Of a DNA stretch of 24,000 nucleotides, positions 1 to 7,834 are shown one piece after another. Within the stretch, counting starts at the first letter, position 1, and each line of letters starts with the position of its first letter. The translations under genes and the position numbers were made by a program. This stretch comes from Prochlorococcus sp. MIT 1223 (GTDB lineage Bacteria; Cyanobacteriota; Cyanobacteriia; PCC-6307; Cyanobiaceae): contig NZ_CP139303.1 in the NCBI RefSeq assembly GCF_034092465.1, positions 686,865 to 710,864 on the forward strand. Direction: 5' to 3'. The notes beneath the pieces were generated by a model. The model was not told where the DNA came from and did not search any database. It saw only the letters and a program-made list of their open reading frames with translations.

Positions 1-3000
1 TGAATATCTTTTATATGGTTCTTTGATATCCCTCTAAAGTAATAACTATTCCACTCTTCATAACCCATCCCCAATGATTGTGTAAAATCACTAATTGAAT
101 CTTCAAATCGTCCAATTTGCCCTTTTGCTAAACCTCTCCAATAATAATGACTTCCTTCTTCAGGTTTGATATCTATTGACTTTGAATAATCATCTATCGC
201 TTCTTGATAACAACCACTTTGAAACTTTGCGTATCCTCTATTTGCATAAAGCAGAGCATCATTAGGGTCAGTTTCTATTGCAGTATCAAAATCCTTAATC
301 GCCTCTTCATAATTTTCTAAATTATATGAGTTTACTGAACCACGACTATTAAGAGCATATTTATTTGAAGGGTTTATTTCTATTGCCAATGCATACTCTT
401 CTATTGCTCCTTCGATATCTCCAGATTCTTCTTTTGCTCTACCAATTTTCCATACATGATTATCTTCTTTAATATATTCTGCTGCCTCAAATTGAGTAAC
501 GAAACCAATCTGCTCTTCTAAGGTTAAATCTTTTGGATCTTCTTTTTCTTCTAGTGGACCTTCCCTACATATATAAGCATCAACCCAATCAGAACAGGCA
601 CCTTGAAAATCACCTAGTTCGTTTCTTGAATTGCCACGAAGAACATATGAACTGCAATCTTTTCTATTAACACTAATTGCTTTTGTATAATCTTCAATTG
701 CTCCTTGATGATCATTTAATTCTGATTTCTTATAAGCAATTAACTTATGAATTTTCAAAGAATAATCGTCCTCATCTTTAAGCGACTTTGCTATTAACAA
801 ATCCTTAAAAAAATCATCTATATTATTATCTCTTGCATGCAATAATCCCCTATTGAAATAAAAAACCGGATCATCATTACTGTTCTCAATACATATATTT
901 AAGTCACTTATAGAACCTTTCAAATCACCTATATCGGACCGGCAAATTGCTCTCTTGTAATAAGCATCATATTGATTTGAATTCAGATCTATCGCCTTAT
1001 TATAATCTTCGATTGCACCTTTTATGTCAGGAATATCAAAACTATTTTTTGTTATACCTCTAGAAAAATAAGCATTTGGTGAATCAGGATTTAATTCAAT
1101 TGCCTTAGTAAAATTCTGAATTGCGCTTACATATTGACCCAATTCAAACATTATTTTTCCTCGCCAATAATAAGTAGTCGATTCCTTAAAATCTTCTTTC
1201 TCATCCTTCAGTTTAATTATCATATCTATTGCCTTATCTATTTCAGATGCACTTGCTTCACCCCATGAGTCTTTTAAATATATTTCTTTAGCATCATTAA
1301 ATTCTTTTACTGAACCTTTGTAGTCCCCTAAAGCAAATCTAAAAGTTCCTAGGTCGTGTTTTAACCTTGCTTGAAAACTACTATTGTCTTCCATATGATT
1401 TGCCGTCATATCAATTGCCTCTTGATGATTGCCTAACAGTGACTTACATCTAATAACATCGAATGGAATGTCAAAGTCTTCATCTTTTTCGTAATCAGCA
1501 ATTGCGCCTTCATAATCACCCAACATCTCTTTTAATTGCCCTCTCTTTTCATAAGGTTTTTCACAAAACAAATCAGGGTCAATTTCTATTGTTTTATCAA
1601 AGTCCGCAAGTGCATCTTTATAGTCTCCTAAGCGTTGTTTAATGATTGCTCGATTGAAATATGCTTTTGCACAGTTAGGGAAAAGACCTAATACTTTATT
1701 GCAATGTTCAACTCCTTTTATATATTCTCCATTATCACAAAAATCATTTGCTAAATCAGCAAAATAATTATCATGATTTTCTATTTTATTTTTTGCTGAT
1801 TCAACTTGATACTTATCAAACTCGTTTCCAGTCTTATTATATTTTTTTAAGTATAAAGTAGATTCTTGTTCCCAATCAGAAAAAGCACCTTCCAGATCAT
1901 CTATTTGTTTTCTTGTCTCAGCACGAAGACCGAATAGGTCTGGATCTTCTTGATCTAAATCTATTGCTTTATCAAAGTCTTTGATTGCTCCTTTATTACT
2001 ACCTAACCTTCTTATCATCAATGCTCTTTCTCTATAAGCAAGTGATCCATCCTCAGGTTTATATTTTGAATCAAGTTGTATTGACTTCGTAAAATCTCTA
2101 AGTGCACTTAATGGATCTGTAAACCTATTTTTGTCCGCCCTTGCATAGTAATCAGCGGCAGTTTTCAGATCATTTCCTAATAATATATTATCTTGCGTGC
2201 TTGTATCTACAACGTTCTTCAAGTTTTCTGCCAGTAATTTATCGGCATCTTTATTACCCAGTTTTGATGCTTCCTGCCAGTCATCACAAGCACCATTGAG
2301 ATCACCAGATTCTTTTTTTGCCTTCCCTCTATTTAAGTATGCTTCAGCATATTCTTCATCATCTAGTTCATCTTTTTTTAGAACTCTGCTGAAGTTTATA
2401 ATTGCTTCTTGATAGTTTTTTAATTCATATTGAATTAACCCTCTCCTGCTATATGCACGACCAATGGATGGATCAATACGTATTGCTCTACTTAATTCAT
2501 CCAATGCTCCTTGTGTATCTCCCAGTTGGTATTGGATATCAGCAATACTGAGTCTCAAACCATTGTGCTCAGGGTGCAGACCAAGATGTCTACGATAACT
2601 TCTTATTGCACCTTTTTTATCTTCTGTGAACCATTGTAGTCGTGCAAGGGAGACGTATACATTATTTTCTGCACAATCATCAGGATCAAGTTCAAGAGAT
2701 TTTTTATAGTCACTAATTGCACCTTGGTGATCACCTAAAGAATTCTTTGAATCTGCCCTGCATTGATATGCGACCTCATCCTCAGGTCTAAGTTCTATTA
2801 CTTTGCTCCAATCATTAATTTGTTCTTGATGGTCAACTTCTAAATTCGATTTAATTAATGCTCTGTATTGATAAAAGTCAGGATTCTTGGGGTCAATTGC
2901 TATTGCTTGGTTGTAATCATCTAATGCTTCTTTATAATTTTGTGCCATATATTTATCAAAACCACTTTTCGCAAATTCCTCCGCAGTAGATTTTTCTTGC

Positions 3001-3236
3001 ATTTCTGAACCAATTGTTTTCTCATTCAGATCAATTATATTTCGATCAGAATTTTTATCTTTAGGGACATTGTCTGAAGTTATCCTTTCTCGCTTTATAG
3101 GTCCATAATCTCTGTAATCAACTTTTGATGAACGAGAGTCAATTCTCGACGAATGAGAACTATTTCCCTGAGTGCCTACCTTGATTAAATACCATATAAA
3201 CCAAATGATAAAAACTAAGGCGATAAATTCTCCCAT
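1..3236 (-). CDS. Large tetratricopeptide (TPR) repeat protein with N-terminal membrane anchor, C-terminus truncated by the window edge
   Basis: Read by eye: minus strand is open from ATG at 3236 (CAT 3234-3236) to position 1 (at least 1078 codons). Starts MGEFIALVFIIWFIWYLIKVGTQG (one TM segment), followed by many degenerate 34-aa TPR units such as YKEALDDYNQAIAIDPKNPDFYQYRALIK and SAIQNFTKAIELNPDSPNAYFSRGITK. Not in the ORF track, probably because it is incomplete. Confidence 0.93.
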   Translation of the reverse strand, partial: MGEFIALVFIIWFIWYLIKVGTQGNSSHSSRIDSRSSKVDYRDYGPIKRERITSDNVPKDKNSDRNIIDLNEKTIGSEMQEKSTAEEFAKSGFDKYMAQNYKEALDDYNQAIAIDPKNPDFYQYRALIKSNLEVDHQEQINDWSKVIELRPEDEVAYQCRADSKNSLGDHQGAISDYKKSLELDPDDCAENNVYVSLARLQWFTEDKKGAIRSYRRHLGLHPEHNGLRLSIADIQYQLGDTQGALDELSRAIRIDPSIGRAYSRRGLIQYELKNYQEAIINFSRVLKKDELDDEEYAEAYLNRGKAKKESGDLNGACDDWQEASKLGNKDADKLLAENLKNVVDTSTQDNILLGNDLKTAADYYARADKNRFTDPLSALRDFTKSIQLDSKYKPEDGSLAYRERALMIRRLGSNKGAIKDFDKAIDLDQEDPDLFGLRAETRKQIDDLEGAFSDWEQESTLYLKKYNKTGNEFDKYQVESAKNKIENHDNYFADLANDFCDNGEYIKGVEHCNKVLGLFPNCAKAYFNRAIIKQRLGDYKDALADFDKTIEIDPDLFCEKPYEKRGQLKEMLGDYEGAIADYEKDEDFDIPFDVIRCKSLLGNHQEAIDMTANHMEDNSSFQARLKHDLGTFRFALGDYKGSVKEFNDAKEIYLKDSWGEASASEIDKAIDMIIKLKDEKEDFKESTTYYWRGKIMFELGQYVSAIQNFTKAIELNPDSPNAYFSRGITKNSFDIPDIKGAIEDYNKAIDLNSNQYDAYYKRAICRSDIGDLKGSISDLNICIENSNDDPVFYFNRGLLHARDNNIDDFFKDLLIAKSLKDEDDYSLKIHKLIAYKKSELNDHQGAIEDYTKAISVNRKDCSSYVLRGNSRNELGDFQGACSDWVDAYICREGPLEEKEDPKDLTLEEQIGFVTQFEAAEYIKEDNHVWKIGRAKEESGDIEGAIEEYALAIEINPSNKYALNSRGSVNSYNLENYEEAIKDFDTAIETDPNDALLYANRGYAKFQSGCYQEAIDDYSKSIDIKPEEGSHYYWRGLAKGQIGRFEDSISDFTQSLGMGYEEWNSYYFRGISKNHIKDI

Positions 3237-3515
3237 GCTTTTTTCTCTTAGGACTCATTGCAACTGATTTACTCATTTTAGTTAAGTCATTTTTTTCTAC
3301 CAAGACTCAATTTTTACAAGTAACACTTCAGAATGCAGTTCAGGGTTATTGCCACACTTTATAGCGTACTAAAAACTGGAGGGTATATATCACATCATTG
3401 ATAGCATTTAAAACTAATTGAAAATCCTCAAATTTGCTTCTATCTTTGTATCAATAAGGGTGTTTACTTCATTTAAGGGTTAGAATACTATTAACAGTGA
3501 TGGTTTCTAGCACAA

Positions 3516-4097
3516 ATGAATAAAATCATCGGTTACTCAAGAGTTTCTACTGGAGGACAGACCACAGATACCCAAGTTGCTGCTCTTAAAGAGGCAGGAT
3601 GTGAGGTTGTCTTTGAGGAAACCGTAAGCAGTAGAAAAGCAGAGAAAGATAGACCTCAACTTCAGGCAGCACTCACAGCACTTAGATCTGGAGATGAATT
3701 AGTCATAACCAAATTGGACAGGTTGGGAAGGTCTCAGGTTGAGGTTGTTAATCGACTTCACGAATTACAGGCACAAGGAATCAATGTTCGGACTTTGGAT
3801 GGTCTTGTTAATACAGCAGGTCTAGGTCAATTCGCACCAATCCTTATTGGACTCTTGTCTGGTCTTGCTGAGGTTGAAAGATCCCTAATTCAAGAACGCA
3901 CAAGAGAAAGCGTTGAGTTCAGAAGAAAGACAGGAGGAAATCTTGGAGGAAGACCTAAGACAGCACCTAAGAAAGAAAAGTTGGTATTGCGTCTAAGAGA
4001 AGAAGGTGAATCACTCAGGGGTATTAGAGAGCAAACAGGATTAGCAGTTGCAACTATCAGAAAAATCCTTGAGAGGAATAAAGAGGTGGCAGCATGA
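3516..4097 (+). CDS. Small serine recombinase (resolvase/invertase family)
   Basis: Catalytic N-terminus IIGYSRVSTGGQTTDTQ, VITKLDRLGRS motif, ERSLIQERTRE, GGRPK linker and a C-terminal helix-turn-helix (SLRGIREQTGLAVATIRKIL), typical of resolvase/invertase proteins. Confidence 0.96.
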   Translation: MNKIIGYSRVSTGGQTTDTQVAALKEAGCEVVFEETVSSRKAEKDRPQLQAALTALRSGDELVITKLDRLGRSQVEVVNRLHELQAQGINVRTLDGLVNTAGLGQFAPILIGLLSGLAEVERSLIQERTRESVEFRRKTGGNLGGRPKTAPKKEKLVLRLREEGESLRGIREQTGLAVATIRKILERNKEVAA

Positions 4098-4267
4098 CAA
4101 AGGTAATGATCGAATGGTTAGATCACCAAAATCGTTGGAGACATTATTCGAGTAGTCATCACGAACCCACTGCATATAAAACTGCACAGACTCGTGCAGA
4201 GAGGACTGGGAAGAGACACAGGATCACTTCTGAAGAAGGGTCTCTGATCGATGTATTTGAACCTTGA
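4094..4267 (+). CDS. Hypothetical 57-aa protein overlapping the recombinase 3' end by ATGA
   Basis: ATG at 4094 overlaps the recombinase stop; frame MTKVMIEWLDHQNRWRHYSSSHHEPTAYKTAQTRAERTGKRHRITSEEGSLIDVFEP ends at TGA 4265-4267. Below the ORF-track length cutoff. Confidence 0.55.
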   Translation: MTKVMIEWLDHQNRWRHYSSSHHEPTAYKTAQTRAERTGKRHRITSEEGSLIDVFEP

Positions 4268-4273
4268 TTAGAC

Positions 4274-4465
4274 ATGTTCAAATTCATTCTTCTTGGACTT
4301 CTTTTCTTCAGTCCCTCAGTTGCATCTGCTCATATGTTGACCATTGAGGAGTACTGCGAAGACGTGACTCATAAGAATGTCGATCACACGAATATCTGTT
4401 ATCGGATCGTTTGGAATTATTGGAAAGAGTTCCACCAACACACACATGAAAAACCCCACCTGTGA
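4274..4465 (+). CDS. Hypothetical 63-aa protein with predicted signal peptide
   Basis: MFKFILLGLLFFSPSVASAH resembles a Sec signal with an A-x-A cleavage site; two Cys and several His in the mature part; immediately follows the 57-aa ORF. Confidence 0.55.
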   Translation: MFKFILLGLLFFSPSVASAHMLTIEEYCEDVTHKNVDHTNICYRIVWNYWKEFHQHTHEKPHL

Positions 4466-4476
4466 AGAAGGTGGGG
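4449..4476 (-). terminator. Intrinsic terminator for the minus-strand small-gene operon
   Basis: Stem CCCCACCT (4454-4461)/AGGTGGGG (4469-4476), 7-nt loop; on the minus strand it is followed by TTTTT (complement of 4449-4453). Overlaps the 3' end of the convergent 4274-4465 ORF. Confidence 0.75.
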
Positions 4477-4537
4477 CATGTGAGTAGTGAGTTTTCTCCT
4501 TAATCAAAGTGATTGTTCAACACCTTGAAGTTCCAAT

Positions 4538-4696
4538 TCAAAACCCCTGCATAGGAGTCCAACCAATTCGAACTTTATTGAGTGTTCCTTCCTCACTTTT
4601 CCTCCAAAGAATCTCCTCGATTTCTTTTTGGAAAAGTTTGACTTCACTCGAGTCGTTGTATTCAACGATTAGTTGAAACTCAGCAAAGTCACTCAT
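4538..4696 (-). CDS. Hypothetical 52-aa protein
   Basis: MSDFAEFQLIVEYNDSSEVKLFQKEIEEILWRKSEEGTLNKVRIGWTPMQGF; ATG (4696-4694) overlaps the TGA of the upstream gene (ATGA) and the frame ends shortly before the terminator. Confidence 0.6.
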   Translation of the reverse strand: MSDFAEFQLIVEYNDSSEVKLFQKEIEEILWRKSEEGTLNKVRIGWTPMQGF

Positions 4697-5025
4697 ATGT
4701 TTTCATCCTCCAGTAGTCCTCTCTCTTCATCCACCCCTTCTAAAGATCCCCAAACATATTCATAGGTTGAACCCCAATGAATGCATTTAGTTTTGAGAAT
4801 TCTTTTATAGGGAATAATCGAAGAAATTGCATCTATAAATTCTTCAGTACCTGGATATTCATCAAACCAAAGTCTAACCTCGATCACCTGATTCTCTTCT
4901 TTAAAGGAGGGGGAAGGTAATTCACATAAAACGTGAAACTCTGGTTTAGAAGCAGCACTTTTCAAAATATCTGGATATCCATTATCCAAATAAAGGTCTG
5001 AATCAAATTCTGCACAGTAAGTCAT
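4693..5025 (-). CDS. Hypothetical protein, 110 aa
   Basis: ORF track gives 4693-5073; the internal ATG at 5025 (MTYCAEFDSDLYLDNGYPDILKSAAS...) is preferred because GAGGG lies just upstream and it overlaps the preceding gene's TGA as ATGA. Confidence 0.65.
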   Translation of the reverse strand: MTYCAEFDSDLYLDNGYPDILKSAASKPEFHVLCELPSPSFKEENQVIEVRLWFDEYPGTEEFIDAISSIIPYKRILKTKCIHWGSTYEYVWGSLEGVDEERGLLEDENI

Positions 5026-5297
5026 TTGTTTCCCTCTTGAGTTGTTGGATAGAGTTCGTTCATGACAATCCAAAAGGAATCTGTGATGAATCTGACGTGT
5101 TTAGTTTCATAAGGAGTAAGTAGTTCAAAGAACACTCTTATCAATTCACTTTTAACCTTCACTTCCTCTAATTTCTTCTCACGATATTTTTGAATAAAGT
5201 TATAAGGAGATTGATGTTCGTATGTACGAATCCTAATTGGTTTTGGTCTGAGTTTAGGTACAGGTTTAATCTGTACTTGTTGAGTGGTTGTAGTCAT
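5022..5297 (-). CDS. Hypothetical 91-aa basic protein
   Basis: MTTTTQQVQIKPVPKLRPKPIRIRTYEHQSPYNFIQKYREKKLEEVKVKSELIRVFFELLTPYETKHVRFITDSFWIVMNELYPTTQEGNK; first gene of an ATGA-chained trio. Confidence 0.6.
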   Translation of the reverse strand: MTTTTQQVQIKPVPKLRPKPIRIRTYEHQSPYNFIQKYREKKLEEVKVKSELIRVFFELLTPYETKHVRFITDSFWIVMNELYPTTQEGNK

Positions 5298-5694
5298 AAT
5301 AAAAAGTATGGTATACAGTTTCCTGTCTCTTTGAAAGAGGAGTTTAGTGACAGTCAGGCATTGTCAAAAAGAGTAATTAACTAATTAATTTTCTTTACTT
5401 ATATCGCAGATTGAAATTGTTCGATTCATTCCGTTTCGATGAATATAGTATAGCACAGCAGAACAGGATATGGCGCGTATCTTTAGGATTTCTTTAGTAT
5501 TAGATCCCTTTTATATCAAAGGATCTAAAGCAGTATTTCTATTTAATTAGTATTAATATCTAATATACATTAATTGTTAATTGTAATCAACCTATAGGAG
5601 TAATTTTTATCCTGGAAAATATTTTGATATGGATTATTTCTCTCTTTCGATTTTGGTTCGTTGTAGGTTATGCAATTAATCAATTTAAATACAC

Positions 5695-5835
5695 TTAACC
5701 ATTCACATATCTGCGATTAATGTTGTCTATAAAGAACACCTGTATCTCTTTTGGATTGAAAGGGCGTTTATCTCTTCTCATCACTTCCTTGAGTTGTTCT
5801 AGTTGAACCTTGTTCAGTTTGAGGTTGATATTCAT
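5695..5835 (-). CDS. Hypothetical 46-aa protein
   Basis: MNINLKLNKVQLEQLKEVMRRDKRPFNPKEIQVFFIDNINRRYVNG; ATG (5835-5833) overlaps the TGA of the upstream ORF (5834-5832). Confidence 0.45.
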   Translation of the reverse strand: MNINLKLNKVQLEQLKEVMRRDKRPFNPKEIQVFFIDNINRRYVNG

Positions 5836-6023
5836 TTGGATGGAAACAGCAGTTGGTGACGTTCTGATCGGAGAGTCTTATACATCTGACTTTTATTCCA
5901 TCCGTAATGCCGCATTAGTGCCAACTCCTCTCTCTTTGTTCTCTCTTCTTCCCACTCGTGATAGGAGATCGTGGTCTTCCTTCTGGTTCCTTTAGTCCAC
6001 TTGGGTTGTGTATTGGTCTTCAT
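5832..6023 (-). CDS. Hypothetical 63-aa protein, charged, possibly nucleic-acid binding
   Basis: MKTNTQPKWTKGTRRKTTISYHEWEEERTKREELALMRHYGWNKSQMYKTLRSERHQLLFPSK; ATGA overlap with the next minus-strand ORF favours it over the antisense plus-strand ORFs. Confidence 0.45.
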   Translation of the reverse strand: MKTNTQPKWTKGTRRKTTISYHEWEEERTKREELALMRHYGWNKSQMYKTLRSERHQLLFPSK

Positions 6024-6504
6024 GGGTTTACTTACTTTGTAGGGGCGTCAAGAGGTCTCTGGCGATCCTTTCTTGAGAGGATGCAGTCTGAGATACATCA
6101 CTCAACTACATTTCTAAATGTATTTATAATCATTTTTCTCCCCTAAAGTTACTCTAAAGCACCTCTAAGTAATCCTTCAAAGGTTCTAATGGGGTTCCGA
6201 AAACCGACAGAGTTATTTATACAGTTACGTACAAATTATGGTCACTAGTTAATAATTATTTACAAAGAGTTTTGCTCTTCAGTTTAACTTAGCAATCAAG
6301 TCTTTAGGCACCTGTTATAGGAAATGATTACCCAAGTAAAACCCGAACACATTTGCAAAAAACCCGAACACAACCCGAACACAAATATTCCGAAGTTGAA
6401 CTATCCTGAATGCTTCGGGATAGTTCTTGTCTCTAAAACGTCTGTCATAGACCCATCTCGGGTCACTATAACTACTCAGGAGTAATCCTGATCAGTTAAA
6501 AATA

Positions 6505-6589
6505 CGGAGAGGGTGGGATTCGAACCCACGAACAGTTTCCTGTTAAACGATTTCGAGTCGTTCGCTTTCGACCACTCAGCCACCTCTCC
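6505..6589 (-). tRNA. tRNA-Ser(CGA)
   Basis: Reverse complement GGAGAGGTGGCTGAGTGGTCGAAAGCGAACGACTCGAAATCGTTTAACAGGAAACTGTTCGTGGGTTCGAATCCCACCCTCTCCG. It shows a 7-bp acceptor stem, an AACGA-CTCGAAA-TCGTT anticodon arm, a long variable arm and a GTGGGTTCGAATCCCAC T-arm. Confidence 0.97.
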
Positions 6590-6659
6590 TTAGCCTTAGC
6601 CTTAGCTAAGAGTAATTATTATTAATTGAAATTTCAAAAATATATTTTTTTCCTGAAGC

Positions 6660-7688
6660 TTAATCCCAAGAAGCCTCTGCCATAAGCTTTATAGCTTTCT
6701 TATTATTTTCACCTAATTGATTAATCGTTACTTTATCTGGGATCACAGCTCCAAACCTTTTAACTTCCTTAGAGTCATTGAACCCAATTAAGGGATGTTC
6801 ATAAGTAGGAAAAGCTAAACCTTTACTACCTTTAGGTGAAGCTAAAAATTCCAGTAGTTTAATAGCTTCTTCTTTATTCTCAGCATATTTAGCAATACCT
6901 CCAGCACTTACATTTACATGAGCTGGGTTAGGGGTAATTACTTTAACTCTGCTCGCTAATCTTCTATCTTTAAGACCATTAACTCCACCAAGCATTCTTG
7001 CTACATAATAATGATTCACTATTCCTATTCCACATTTATTTTGTGCAACTGCTCTAATTACTCCAATATCACCAGGGAAATAAGGTTGAGAAACGTTTGA
7101 GATCATACCTTTTAACCATTTTTTCGTCTCTTCTTCACCTCTTATAACCAGTTGATTAGCAACTAAAGATTGATTATATGGACTATTCCGCTTTCTCAAG
7201 CAAACTTTTCCTTGCAAAGATGGATCAGCAAGATCCGAATAATCTTTTATTTTTGAAATATCAACTGACTTAGGGTTTGCAACCATAACTCTTACTCTTC
7301 TCGTTAGCGCATACCACTTGCCATTAGGGTCTTTATATTGACTAGGAACAGCTTTGTCTAACTTGGCAGAACGATAGCTCTGCAATAAGCCTTCCTTCGC
7401 AGCATTGCTGATTCGAGCAGCATCGACAAGCAAGATAACATCAGCTTTCGAGTTAGCGCCTTCTCTCTTCAATCTTTCTACAAGTGATATACCAGTTGCT
7501 TCAATTAATCGAACTTTAATACCTGTATCAGCTGCAAATTTTTTATATATTTGTCGGTCTGTATTGTAATGCCGACCAGAATAAACTCGAACTTCGCTAG
7601 CAATAGACCTGCTAGAAAAAATTAGTCCTGAACCCATAGCAAAAGAAGTTGCAATAACTGAAGAGGCAAAACGTTGAAATAAAGGCAT
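6660..7688 (-). CDS. futA: Iron(III) ABC transporter substrate-binding protein (FutA/IdiA/AfuA family)
   Basis: Signal peptide, then VRVYSGRHYNTDRQIYKKFAADTGIKVRLIEATGISLVERLKREGANSKADVILLVDAARI; later GIGIVNHYYVARM and AEASWD C-terminus. Name futA/idiA by family resemblance. Confidence 0.92.
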   Translation of the reverse strand: MPLFQRFASSVIATSFAMGSGLIFSSRSIASEVRVYSGRHYNTDRQIYKKFAADTGIKVRLIEATGISLVERLKREGANSKADVILLVDAARISNAAKEGLLQSYRSAKLDKAVPSQYKDPNGKWYALTRRVRVMVANPKSVDISKIKDYSDLADPSLQGKVCLRKRNSPYNQSLVANQLVIRGEEETKKWLKGMISNVSQPYFPGDIGVIRAVAQNKCGIGIVNHYYVARMLGGVNGLKDRRLASRVKVITPNPAHVNVSAGGIAKYAENKEEAIKLLEFLASPKGSKGLAFPTYEHPLIGFNDSKEVKRFGAVIPDKVTINQLGENNKKAIKLMAEASWD

Positions 7689-7834
7689 TCTTAATCAAGC
7701 AAAATCAAGTCAATATATAGATTATCTAGCAAAAAAAGAAGTAGAAAAAAGTTGGTACTTTTATACGTGGACTAGTATCAATTGTTTAGGATAAGTAGAT
7801 AGGATGATTAATTGATGACAGATTTTCTAAAACC

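Noticed and set aside
2197-2412. Plus-strand 71-aa ORF
   Set aside because: Lies antisense inside the long TPR gene; Ser/Phe-rich translation is typical of an antisense frame.
4316-4507. Minus-strand 63-aa ORF
   Set aside because: Antisense to the signal-peptide ORF 4274-4465 and crosses the terminator hairpin.
5190-5384. Plus-strand 64-aa ORF
   Set aside because: Antisense to the ATGA-coupled 5022-5297 gene, no credible start context.
5810-6146. Two overlapping plus-strand ORFs (5810-5995 and 5958-6146)
   Set aside because: Mutually overlapping and antisense to the ATGA-coupled pair; treated as less likely, though confidence for this region is modest on both strands.
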